Translations under genes and position numbers: made by a program
Shown: piece after piece, positions 1 to 9,727 of the stretch
Layout of the letters: the number at the start of each line of letters is the position of its first letter
Numbering within the stretch: the first letter of the stretch is position 1
From: a virus
Lineage: Duplodnaviria > Caudoviricetes
Virus record (IMG/VR): IMGVR_UViG_2974732567_000001
Coordinates: 1 to 64,000 of that record
DNA: 64,000 nt
Reading direction: 5' to 3' (one strand)
Notes under the pieces: model-generated
What the model saw: the letters and a program-made list of their open reading frames with translations, nothing else
Databases searched by the model: none
Told to the model about the DNA's origin: nothing

Positions 1-154
1 CTTGTATTTCTTCTTCATTAACTAGGCTGAGAAGTTTCTGAATGTCTTGATTGATGTTTTTGATATCACTCAATACAAGTGTTAGGAATACTAATTGATT
101 AATAGATAAGTTTTCAATCCGATCAAGGATTGAGGTGTCTATTTCTAAAATCAT
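1..154 (-). CDS. Hypothetical protein, 5' part only (runs off the window edge)
   Basis: ATG at 154-152 gives an open frame MILEIDTSILDRIENLSINQLVFLTLVL... to base 1, directly downstream of the polymerase. Confidence 0.6.
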   Translation of the reverse strand, partial: MILEIDTSILDRIENLSINQLVFLTLVLSDIKNINQDIQKLLSLVNEEEIQ

Positions 155-209
155 ATTCTCATATATTATACGAGCATACGGTAATTGAAATATATCTGAT
201 AAGCCTCTG

Positions 210-2282
210 TTAATCCCATAGGCTCATTTGTAACGGTTTTAATTCACGGATTATCTTATAGGCTTCCATAATATAATACCTATAATTAATCTTTCTCTCT
301 TCAATCGGTTTATCATCTAAGTAATTTAATAAAGTAACACCAGACGCAGTAAGCATATTCTGATACTGTCTTTCTTTTGCAACAAGTGTTTTTTTACCTA
401 CATATGGTTCATCATATTCTACAATTTCACCTTCTTTGTATCCTGTTGGTTTCCATTTCCATAAATAGGCACCATTAGTACTTGCATAGAAACGATTAGT
501 CCTCTGTTGTTCTTTATTATTATATTCAACATGCCATTGTTTACCAGTCTTTTCAGCCATTAGAAAATCTCTAATGTCTTGGCAACCTTTTATAGTTTCC
601 TCTACTGGTACTCCGTTCTTAAAAAAGTTTATTACTGCTTTCGGTATAATCTTTGGAGTTAGACCTTTTCCTAATTTCACAGTAGTAATAAACATACCTT
701 TTTCTTTAACAAAATCTTTATAGATTTGTGCTTCAGAGGTATAAGGTTCTCCTTTTGCATTTAAAGCTTTTTTAGGATTAGTACGAAATAAAGTTATCAT
801 TTCATAATATCCTTCTTTAATTGCAAAGTAGTCATTTATAGCATATTGATACATAGCTTTGAAACGTTCTTCTTCTAAAGTAAGTTTAGTAAGTTGTTCC
901 CATTCTCTGCATACTTTGTTTAAATCATTATATACAGATTTTTTAAGTAATACAAATAATCCATCTGTATTAGCTTGGACGATTCGACATCCTAATTGGG
1001 TTAGTTTTTCAGCTAGCATTAGTAATAGTAACTGTCCATTTATACGTATTTGCATTACTGCGAATGGACTATAACAGAAATTATGTGGATTCTGTAAGTT
1101 ACCTGATAATCCATTGAGAGCGAGTTTTAAGGTCTCATTTTTAACCTTATTACCATTATGTTTAGCTTCGATACGCTCATCTTTAATTTGTCTATATACT
1201 TCTAGAAATTCAGGACCTAAATGTTTAGGGTAAAAACCGTATTCTATTAGCATACTTGGATATAGTGATGCAACATCTATATCAATGAGCATTTCATCTT
1301 CTTTCGGTATAACTATTTCAGGATCATTTACTGAATGAATTCCTCCAACTCCTACAGAATATCTTAATCCTTCAAATATGAATTTATTTTCATATCCTTT
1401 TCTTCCTGGAGATACTATCTGATTTTTCATATCATCTAATACCTTTTGAAGTATAGGACTATCATACTTAATAAATGGTAGTATCACCTTATTTAAAGGT
1501 ATTACATCCATTGGAGATCTTAAATCTTTAATATCATACCAAGTTTGACCTGTTTTTTCAAGATATTTTTGAGTCAAAATCTTCATTCCAATGTTTACTC
1601 CGTCTTTACTAAGTACTCTTACTCCGTATTCGTCTTCAATAGCTAACCTTAAATCTACATCTTTTTTACATCTATTGAGTAACTCTTCAGTAGAATTAAC
1701 ATCATTAATATTATATTCAATCATTGAATCTATTTGATTTTCAGGTAAATCTGCCTGCCAATCTGCAACAAATTCCTGTACATTTTTGTACTGCATTGTT
1801 ACTTGAATTTCTTTCAAACCTACTCTTAACTTATTGCTATAAAGCATAGTAAGAATATCAAATGAGTCAAAACAAATCATATACTTCCACTTACTCCAAG
1901 CTCTGATATCATCTTCACTTGAAGTAGTAATTACTTTACTTAGATTGAATATAGATCTACATATATCTCTATATCCTTTGTATTTCATTGTATTATAATA
2001 ATCTATTATATAATTTATAATAGGATTATCATAATGAAGATTATTATAACCACAAAATAATTTATCAGTATTTAGCTGAATTTTCGTAGTATATAAATCT
2101 CCAAAAGTATAATCTGTATTAACTGTATGAAAGAAATTAACCAATTCATCTAATTGATTTCTTCTGCAAGATATTTCAAATTTATGTAACTCACCTGTCT
2201 CTGTATTCTTTACAGTACAATGAAAAACATTGGGGAATACCTCAATATCATATACATAAACAATCTTATCTCGTATAATCAT
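210..2282 (-). CDS. polB: DNA polymerase family B, crAss-type (690 aa)
   Basis: Exonuclease motif YDIEV; polymerase motifs DVASLYPS, KLALNGLSG, QANTDG. Confidence 0.93.
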   Translation of the reverse strand: MIIRDKIVYVYDIEVFPNVFHCTVKNTETGELHKFEISCRRNQLDELVNFFHTVNTDYTFGDLYTTKIQLNTDKLFCGYNNLHYDNPIINYIIDYYNTMKYKGYRDICRSIFNLSKVITTSSEDDIRAWSKWKYMICFDSFDILTMLYSNKLRVGLKEIQVTMQYKNVQEFVADWQADLPENQIDSMIEYNINDVNSTEELLNRCKKDVDLRLAIEDEYGVRVLSKDGVNIGMKILTQKYLEKTGQTWYDIKDLRSPMDVIPLNKVILPFIKYDSPILQKVLDDMKNQIVSPGRKGYENKFIFEGLRYSVGVGGIHSVNDPEIVIPKEDEMLIDIDVASLYPSMLIEYGFYPKHLGPEFLEVYRQIKDERIEAKHNGNKVKNETLKLALNGLSGNLQNPHNFCYSPFAVMQIRINGQLLLLMLAEKLTQLGCRIVQANTDGLFVLLKKSVYNDLNKVCREWEQLTKLTLEEERFKAMYQYAINDYFAIKEGYYEMITLFRTNPKKALNAKGEPYTSEAQIYKDFVKEKGMFITTVKLGKGLTPKIIPKAVINFFKNGVPVEETIKGCQDIRDFLMAEKTGKQWHVEYNNKEQQRTNRFYASTNGAYLWKWKPTGYKEGEIVEYDEPYVGKKTLVAKERQYQNMLTASGVTLLNYLDDKPIEERKINYRYYIMEAYKIIRELKPLQMSLWD

Positions 2283-2301
2283 AATTAATAATGTTAGTTT
2301 G

Positions 2302-2359
2302 AGTCTGTGGAGGGATTCGAACCCTCATTTAACAGTTTTACCATTTAAACTACACAGAC
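2302..2359 (-). ncRNA. tRNA-like element with no anticodon arm
   Basis: Minus strand GTCTGTG-TA-GTTT-AAATGGTA-AAAC-TGTTAAAT-GAGGG-TTCGAAT-CCCTC-CACAGAC-T: perfect acceptor stem, D arm and T arm, with only an 8-nt linker between them. Confidence 0.75.
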
Positions 2360-2413
2360 AACCAGTATATTACTGCAACTAAAAATTTCTAAATTATGGA
2401 TTGCTAGCGTATT

Positions 2414-3175
2414 TTAGGCGGCTAGCGTAGCCTTTGGATAATAGGTACTATCATTACTTATAGTATCTTCGATACGCATTCCTGTAAACTTTTCATTGTT
2501 TACATATTTTTTAGCGATATCTTTTACTTTAGTTAAAGCTTCTTCTTTTGTATTAGCTTCTATATAATCTGTCAAGAAATCAACATCTTTAGACGGATTA
2601 TCTTCGCTCTGGTTTTGTACTATGTAACGGAACTTACGAGTGTTCTTTTTGTTATTTAGTACTTTTTTATTTTGTTTTAAGAACTCTAGAACTGAAGCTT
2701 TTATCTCATTTGCATGAGGTCTACTAGCTAACAGTTCAGCTTTATGTTCTTTTTCACGTTGAAATCTAACTTTAATTTCTTCATCTGTTAGATTAACCGG
2801 TTTCGGTTGAACAAATAATAATTTTTTAATTGTTCGAGTAAATTTCTTCTTTTCTTTTCTAGTATAGTGAACTGTAGGTTCAAATCCCATACCAGCTAAA
2901 ATCTGTTTGATACGTTCTTTTTTAGCTTGTCTAGCAGTTTTATTCTCCTGACGAGCATTTTTACCAATCTTTGTAGTATAGTCTTTTTGTTTTACCTTAC
3001 CACTAATATTAGTTATTATTACTTTCCCATTCTCTCCTTTAGTAATAAAGGGTGACGGACCCGGACTACTAAGTATTACTTCAGTCTTTTTAGACTTACG
3101 TAACTTAGTACGGTTAGTTCTCGATAATTTCTTTCCTTTATGATCTTTATGTTTACCTGATAAATTCTTTTTCAT
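2414..3175 (-). CDS. Lys/Arg-rich hypothetical protein ending in an ssrA-like LAA
   Basis: 253-aa ORF, very basic, C-terminus YPKATLAA. Confidence 0.8.
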   Translation of the reverse strand: MKKNLSGKHKDHKGKKLSRTNRTKLRKSKKTEVILSSPGPSPFITKGENGKVIITNISGKVKQKDYTTKIGKNARQENKTARQAKKERIKQILAGMGFEPTVHYTRKEKKKFTRTIKKLLFVQPKPVNLTDEEIKVRFQREKEHKAELLASRPHANEIKASVLEFLKQNKKVLNNKKNTRKFRYIVQNQSEDNPSKDVDFLTDYIEANTKEEALTKVKDIAKKYVNNEKFTGMRIEDTISNDSTYYPKATLAA

Positions 3176-3205
3176 AATCTTGATAATTTTAGAAGTTAAT
3201 AACTA

Positions 3206-3223
3206 GTGAGCCCGAAGGCTCAC
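3206..3223 (-). terminator. UUCG-tetraloop hairpin (terminator or RNA stabiliser)
   Basis: Minus strand GTGAGCC-TTCG-GGCTCAC right after the stop of 3229..3738; weak U tract. Confidence 0.5.
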
Positions 3224-3228
3224 ATTAA

Positions 3229-3738
3229 TTAAGCAGCTAGACAAATAGGAGCTGATTCAATATCAAGTTCAGCTTTATCATTAAAATCTTCCAGATCTTT
3301 ATTCAACTTATTAATATCAAGCTGAAGTTTATTCTTTAAGCTAGTTATATAAGCTGATGTAAGTTCTTCTGTAATCTTTAATGCTTTTTTGCCTTTGGCT
3401 CGCTTTATTTTCGGGTCGATTGTCTTTATCTTCCCAAGATGAAACAGTTGCTCCTGTTTCTCGGACAGTGAAAATATTGTATAATAATTGTTTTCTGCTG
3501 GTAAATCAGAGAACTTTTTATATCCCATATTGATACACTGTAAATACAGTTTCATAAGGATTCGTTCTTCTGCCATTTCTTGAATCTTCGTTAATAATAC
3601 CTTAAGGTCATAGTTACGAATAGTTTCTTTAGAAATGATATTTTCGTTTTTAATAATCGTCCAATATTTAGTAATATCTTTACTAAGTTCATCACGACGG
3701 TTTTTTGCATATTTAGATGTAATTGATTTCATATTCAA
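3229..3738 (-). CDS. Helical hypothetical protein ending in LAA
   Basis: 169-aa ORF, C-terminus APICLAA. Confidence 0.8.
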   Translation of the reverse strand: MNMKSITSKYAKNRRDELSKDITKYWTIIKNENIISKETIRNYDLKVLLTKIQEMAEERILMKLYLQCINMGYKKFSDLPAENNYYTIFSLSEKQEQLFHLGKIKTIDPKIKRAKGKKALKITEELTSAYITSLKNKLQLDINKLNKDLEDFNDKAELDIESAPICLAA

Positions 3739-3785
3739 GTGATTTGTTTTAAGTTAATACTTGACCGAAATCGTTTACTAGTTAG

Positions 3786-3851
3786 TCATGCATGAAGGGG
3801 TCAAACCTCCGTCTCTTTGAAAAGCGCTCTAATCAACTAAGCTAATGCATG
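3786..3851 (-). ncRNA. tRNA-like element with a truncated anticodon arm
   Basis: Minus strand CATGCAT-TA-GCTT-AGTTGATTA-GAGC-G-CTT-TTCA-AAG-AGAC-GGAGG-TTTGACC-CCTTC-ATGCATG-A. Confidence 0.65.
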
Positions 3852-3856
3852 GTGTA

Positions 3857-3956
3857 TAATAGAGAACTGCCCAATTCAGCAGTCTCTATTAAAGTAGTAC
3901 CCCGTTCAGTACTATTAATAGAAATTATTTCTTAGACGAACGTCCAGTTCAACGTT
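3857..3956 (-). repeat. Three tandem hairpins sharing an 8-nt loop (minus strand TGAAYNGG)
   Basis: Plus-strand loops CCAATTCA (3871-78), CCCGTTCA (3901-08), CCAGTTCA (3944-51), each closed by a different inverted repeat. Confidence 0.65.
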
Positions 3957-4522
3957 TATTCGTCATGATATTCGACTCGGCCGACTACACATGGTAAAAT
4001 TCGCCCTTGTTCTGTTCTAATACCAACATAGCCGTTAAGACCTAAATCTACAACGCCTATTCTTTTTCTGGTTTGTTTCTTTTCTTTAACATATTTTTGT
4101 AAATACTTTTCATTAATATACTTAGAATGTAGCTCTCCGTTCGAACTATTCCGTATATTATCAAATAAAATATCTACAATAGCGTCAAGATCATTATTAT
4201 CAGTAGCTTCTTTTAATACAGCATTCATAATGCCATAAAAAGCTTCTTCATTTCTTGCTTCTCCAGTCCCAGACATTGTGTCTGCTAATTTGATTGCAAT
4301 ATCTGTAATGCTTACCAGTCCATAAGCATTGAAGAACCTTTGCCACCATTTTGGCCCATTGCCATAGTATAAAATAACCTGACCATTATCTTGTACTTCA
4401 ACTTTTTTGGGTCTTTCGTTAACTCTCCCGTTCAAGATTTTAACTTTTGCTAAGACAGCTGGTTCATAAATAATTAGCATACGCAAGATATCGATCCGAG
4501 AAGGCGATAATCTTCCGTCCAT
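3956..4522 (-). CDS. Hypothetical protein
   Basis: 188-aa ORF co-oriented with its neighbours. Confidence 0.8.
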   Translation of the reverse strand: MDGRLSPSRIDILRMLIIYEPAVLAKVKILNGRVNERPKKVEVQDNGQVILYYGNGPKWWQRFFNAYGLVSITDIAIKLADTMSGTGEARNEEAFYGIMNAVLKEATDNNDLDAIVDILFDNIRNSSNGELHSKYINEKYLQKYVKEKKQTRKRIGVVDLGLNGYVGIRTEQGRILPCVVGRVEYHDE

Positions 4523-4527
4523 ATCTG

Positions 4528-5160
4528 TTACTCTGCTGAAGTTGTTTCAATATGAACGTTTACTTCAACATCATTGTTAATTCCGCACTGCCGCATATAG
4601 TCAGTGTAAATACGCTTGTTAGCGTCAGAATAACCCCGTACTGTCTTAGACAGATTCAGGCAATGACGAGCAAAGTTCTCGTAATGAGTGATAGCACCCA
4701 TGTTTGCTTCCTCAACTAATTTGTCGAGATTCGGCAAATCTTCAGCAGAGAAGAACATTGGACTAGCTCCAGTTTTGCCGAGCCGGTCAATTGCCTCTGT
4801 GACATTTGCTCGAGTAGCTTTACTGAAATCAGGTTCTGCTATTTCGAACATAAGTGGCTCAACACCGGGAATATCTTTGTTGATTGCGATCTTAGGCCGT
4901 TGGTCAAGATCCTTTGCAACGATACTTACGCTCATAATATCAATTGCTTTGATAATATAAGCCTTAATTTCAGAACGGAAAGTATTAATGCCATTCATAA
5001 CATCTTCCTTATACTTCGGATCTGGATTTATAGCTACAATTGTAAACAACTGTTTACCAAAGTAAGGACCATACTTCTGTGCAACCTGCCGGTTACGAGC
5101 CAAGATTTGTGCGGCAGCATTAGGGATCTGCGGTGCACTGTTGTTGTTAATATTTTCCAT
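4528..5160 (-). CDS. Hypothetical protein
   Basis: 210-aa ORF with an AGGAG upstream. Confidence 0.8.
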   Translation of the reverse strand: MENINNNSAPQIPNAAAQILARNRQVAQKYGPYFGKQLFTIVAINPDPKYKEDVMNGINTFRSEIKAYIIKAIDIMSVSIVAKDLDQRPKIAINKDIPGVEPLMFEIAEPDFSKATRANVTEAIDRLGKTGASPMFFSAEDLPNLDKLVEEANMGAITHYENFARHCLNLSKTVRGYSDANKRIYTDYMRQCGINNDVEVNVHIETTSAE

Positions 5161-7302
5161 AAAAATATCTCCTTTTTGAGTCTGTATTTGAGATACTAAT
5201 ACGAGACTATTTTTTTGTTTTTAGTTAATAATAAGTTAATGCTCTCCACTGTTCGGTTATTTATAGTATTACAATATGGTAATAGTGAATTCAATCACAT
5301 AACCTACTAAGTATATCTGATAATAAATGTTAATTTACTTGAAAATATCTTCTGATAAATTCTCTGTTAAGTTCTGATAATTATAATAGTTTTAGCGTCC
5401 CGTTTCGACGGTTAAGATTCAACTCTTTCGATGCTTAACGCACCTCTCACCGTTATCTTATATCGCGATTAGATGCAATATAAGAAACACAGATCATCGA
5501 CCCACACGGTAGTCTACCTGGTATTTCCGGATTATCGAAATTCATAGAATTACGGTCGTTTATCTAACGTTACCAACTCACAAGCTCATTGACTATATCA
5601 TCCGTGTTAAAAACGTTCACTGTTACAGTGCTCCACCGGATTAATAGCATGACCCACTTGTACCATGCATAGGATTTGTTGTTTATTACTGCTCGAACAC
5701 GAGGATTTCCACCTCTCATCGTTTCCTTGCTGCTCAATTGTTATTACTATTGAGTCAAAATATACTACTCCCTTTAATCTACCGAGACAGGGTGATAGGA
5801 GGCAGGTTATTAACGAATCAGCGTTCTCTTTACATATATACTTGCAATATATACTTTAGGAGTTTCTAATGTCAGCGATGACGGTTGGCAGTCTGGGGGT
5901 GACTTATACTCCATACGGTCTGTCTTACAAATGACAATTTGCTACTTCTGTACTATCATTGGACTTCCCCAACTTCTATGTGACTCATAGCCTTCCCACA
6001 CTATGCAGTCTGATTAATAATATTAATTCATTCTCTTAGAACAGATTTAACTAGGCCGGTTCTATTCGGCATTAACTTTCAGATGCAGTAAAGTAACATC
6101 ATCTGTTACAGTCCTACCTCTCTGGTTCCAGGGTTCTAAGCTGGAGCAGCTTGGCTCTTACTTATTAATTTATTGTTTTTTTGACCACTACTAATATCTC
6201 CTACTCTGGAATGAGTGTGATAATTTAGCAATGCACCTTTTACATATCTTGAAAGGTATAAGCTCTGCTGTTTTTTAGAAGGAGTTCCAAAGCTTCTCCT
6301 TAGTATTATTTTATGTCATAATCGTACTTGCTGAAGGTACGTGACAACTAGAATCAGGGTTATTGCGCCCTCAAACCGCTTAGACACTCTTGGTCTATTC
6401 ATTCCTCATTCAATTATACTCACACGAACGAATAAGCACGTGAGTCACCTTAGACTTGAAAGACGGTATCAATCTCATATACCTCATCCCTTATACGTAA
6501 ATTCTTTTGCGGCACGCTAGTTACGGTAGCGCACAGGATTGGCTCCTGCTCCCTGGTAATCAGTCTATTTTCACTATAATTTAACATAGCTACTTAGGAT
6601 CATTGCATGTCCAGCCTTCATATCTTTACTTTGTATAAGTATGTACCATAACACGGTTATCCTTACATTAGTATCAGTAATTACTCCCTTTATATTATGA
6701 ACCAATTATCATAAAAACACTAGAGTTAGCCTATTTTTCCAGTCAGGACGCATAGTTGCGCTTTTGTATGAAGCGAGGTTGGAGCCCGCTTGTTGCGTTA
6801 GTCAGCCATAATATTATTCGATAATCCTTTTCCAAGGGATTATCCAAGAGCCCTTTGCTCTTGTTTCAGCATCGTGTTTATATTCCTTTTTGAATCACAT
6901 TTTGATTAATGCATACGAATATATGGATTTCGTTCCATTTGAATTACTTTGTAACTAGGGTATCTTCTTGTAGCTCCTATATTACGGGTTCTTCACTTTT
7001 AACATCACCAAACGGTTCTCATGCTAATTGCGCAGGTTATTCACCCTCTCCTGCTTTCTTATACCTTTTTCACCAGTATAAGTTATTATCCTACCTTTTG
7101 TGTATCTCACTGTGATTGCAGCTTACATATTCTCGGATTCTGTCCTTTTCGGGCTATGTGTAAATGGACACAAACTCCCTGACGTAGCGCGTGTTATCTT
7201 ATTTTAGATACCGCAATGCCTTCTACCGGAGTGATTTACGATATAGTTTTACTCCTCTCGAACTATGATATAATTATAGTATTTATATAGCGGCTATTAT
7301 CA
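5161..7302. other. 2.1-kb region with no convincing ORF; hairpin-rich candidate large ncRNA locus
   Basis: Only two short plus-strand ORFs, antisense to the arm; local inverted repeats such as TGTCA..CGTAC/GTACG-TGACA near 6314-6346 and ATAATCC/GGATTAT near 6821-6843. Confidence 0.45.
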
Positions 7303-7728
7303 TTAACTTTTTTCCGCTGAGGATTTATCTTCTCCTGCAATTTCTGACTCTGGTTTTACAAGAAATATGTCTCCAGAAGATAAGTTGATGTTTGCAACCA
7401 CCTTCTTACCCCGGCATAGATCAACTATGCCATTTTTTATATCACTACTACTGATATAATCAATTGGATCCATACATCCTGGATCAAAACCATCCAAGTG
7501 CATACATATACTACTTACAGACGAGCGTAAGTACTGTTCTACGAATAAGATGTTACTTATACTAGCTTTTGCTTGTACTTGTATCATATTAGAACTCTCT
7601 CCAGCTACTATAAAGTAACCAGTTTGGTCTACTATCAAATCTAAATTACGCCTAGCATCTTTGCTATTTCGTATGATACGTGATAGTCGCATCATACTAT
7701 TAAGCATAATAAGATTCTTCTTACTCAT
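7303..7728 (-). CDS. Hypothetical protein
   Basis: 141-aa ORF overlapping the stop of the upstream gene. Confidence 0.75.
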   Translation of the reverse strand: MSKKNLIMLNSMMRLSRIIRNSKDARRNLDLIVDQTGYFIVAGESSNMIQVQAKASISNILFVEQYLRSSVSSICMHLDGFDPGCMDPIDYISSSDIKNGIVDLCRGKKVVANINLSSGDIFLVKPESEIAGEDKSSAEKS

Positions 7729-8122
7729 TTTGAGATTCTTTAGTAAAAGGAGAAAGCGGTTTTACATCCTCTGGTAGGTTAGCTATACTACGTACCTTTG
7801 GAAATCCTGTATTTACTTCTTTTACTTTAGTTCTCCACTTAACTACTGGTTTTAATTCACCAGTAGTTGTTACATTCACAATTGCGTCTGCTGTTCCTTT
7901 TACGGATACTTCCTGAGTATTAACATCATAAGATACTTCTATAGTATCTACCTTACTCACAGACTTTGCTTCCTTATTAGAGTGCATCATAGACATCAAC
8001 TCTAAATATGAAGGTACTACAGGTGGTTGTGCCTGCACGGGTTCAACTGTACTGATTAAGTTCCAGCCAACAAATACGCTAGCTGTAAACAAAACTACAG
8101 CTGATAAGATTCTACGATTCAT
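7721..8122 (-). CDS. Protein with an N-terminal signal or membrane anchor
   Basis: MNRRILSAVVLFTASVFVGWNLI... Confidence 0.75.
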   Translation of the reverse strand: MNRRILSAVVLFTASVFVGWNLISTVEPVQAQPPVVPSYLELMSMMHSNKEAKSVSKVDTIEVSYDVNTQEVSVKGTADAIVNVTTTGELKPVVKWRTKVKEVNTGFPKVRSIANLPEDVKPLSPFTKESQNE

Positions 8123-8189
8123 ATTGATTACGAATTAGAGAATAGTTTCTTAAACTTGTATACAATATTCCACTTACTATGGACTACAC

Positions 8190-9665
8190 TTAGCTTTTTT
8201 TTTCGACAGCTGTGTCTTCCTTCTTAGTTTCTGGATATTCTCCAACAATAACGGGAAGTGGACCTTCAAATTCAGCAATTCGATCCATTGGCGAACGATA
8301 AGCATTGATAATTTTACCAATTGCAAATCGAAGCTGTTCGTTCGTAGGAGGAATCTTTCCAGGATAGTAATTTGCACGAATTAGAGAAATAATCTTTCTA
8401 GCTCCGTCTCGAGCCATTTTGATTTCTACTAACTGTTCGTCTGTTGCATTTTCAGGAACAGAACAGGTATAGTCATGCATCAATTTATCAACATAATCTA
8501 CACCAATTACTCCCATTGTTGCTTGAATGGCTTTATCATCTACCGGATTTTCAATCTTTTCGGTTTTGATAACATTACCATTAACATCAATCTTGTCTTC
8601 GAGATTGTATCGGAAATTTTCCTGAATGAATGTACGAACAATACGTACTACTTCATCCTCTGTAACTGAAGGTACAGCACCGTGAACTATGCAATGAGCA
8701 CTTACTGGCGAACCTTCCTTCTTAGTATACAGATATACTGCACGTCCAATTCCTTTCATCAGACCTGCTACAGGTACAAGATGGAAAATCTCATTGATCC
8801 ATTCGTCAATTTGACGATTGTCAAGCTTCAACTTTTCATCAGTAGAAGTAGCGTTATTGATACAAAGTTTACGATACCATTCTATGGTGTCAATTAAACT
8901 GATTACAATGTTACGATCCTTACGTAACAGGTACTCCAAAGCATTGCAGATCTTTTCATGATCTGATCCCACTTTTTCAATATCAGTTTCCGGGACTTCA
9001 AGTTTTGTCAACTTTGAATCCTTTAGTTCTTCAGGAACGACTGTTTCTTGAGCACTGAACGGAATTGCTAATTGTCCGTCAGTTGCTCCAGGAAGAGCTT
9101 TTGGAGATGCTAATTTAACACCAAACATTTCTGCTATTTCTTGTAATGGCATAACTTGCTCTGGTGCTACAATTAACTGAAGCTTACCGTCAGCTTGCAA
9201 TCCAGCTAATTCCTGTTGTACTCCAAGTGCTCCAAGGAACCATACTGCATTAATCACTTGATTAATAGCATTGTATTGTTCCGGGAAGTTCTTCTTCAAC
9301 TCTTCATTATTAGTGAAACGTTGATGACCAACAAATGAAAGCATAGCTTTAGCATCTGTAGAACTTACATAGGAACCGGAAGGAGCGCCGATAGATTTAG
9401 CAAGTGTTTTTACTGCTTCCTCTGGAGATACTTCTTCAGCAATAACTGTAGGAGTCTTATCTTTCTTAGGCTTAGCAGTCTCTTTTTGGGTGGACTGTTT
9501 CTCTGTTTTAGCCTGAGTTTGTACTTTCTCCTCTTTTACTTGCTGAGTATTAGCATTCTCCTTCTCTGTTTTAGTTACTTTAGCAGTGTTTTCTGCTTTA
9601 GCTGTTTCTGCAGGTTTTGCTGCAGTACTTGCAGCTCCTTTAGCTGCTTTATTTTTATTTCCCAT
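8190..9665 (-). CDS. Hypothetical protein with a low-complexity K/A/T/E-rich N-terminus (about 491 aa)
   Basis: Long ORF. Start moved to MGNKNK (9665) because the recurrent ATTATCAAAA leader precedes it. Confidence 0.8.
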   Translation of the reverse strand: MGNKNKAAKGAASTAAKPAETAKAENTAKVTKTEKENANTQQVKEEKVQTQAKTEKQSTQKETAKPKKDKTPTVIAEEVSPEEAVKTLAKSIGAPSGSYVSSTDAKAMLSFVGHQRFTNNEELKKNFPEQYNAINQVINAVWFLGALGVQQELAGLQADGKLQLIVAPEQVMPLQEIAEMFGVKLASPKALPGATDGQLAIPFSAQETVVPEELKDSKLTKLEVPETDIEKVGSDHEKICNALEYLLRKDRNIVISLIDTIEWYRKLCINNATSTDEKLKLDNRQIDEWINEIFHLVPVAGLMKGIGRAVYLYTKKEGSPVSAHCIVHGAVPSVTEDEVVRIVRTFIQENFRYNLEDKIDVNGNVIKTEKIENPVDDKAIQATMGVIGVDYVDKLMHDYTCSVPENATDEQLVEIKMARDGARKIISLIRANYYPGKIPPTNEQLRFAIGKIINAYRSPMDRIAEFEGPLPVIVGEYPETKKEDTAVEKKS

Positions 9666-9727
9666 TTTGATAATGTTTTTAAAATTGTTAATAAATAAAT
9701 GAATTCTGATAGATTGTTTATTGAGGT

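Noticed and set aside
700-830. Possible intein or intron in the polymerase
   Set aside because: The extra segment between INDYFAI and KEKG is only about 35 aa and lacks intein or homing-endonuclease motifs
3857-3956. CRISPR-like mini-array
   Set aside because: Only 8-nt loops recur, with no 25-40-nt direct repeats and spacers; no CRISPR array was seen anywhere in the window
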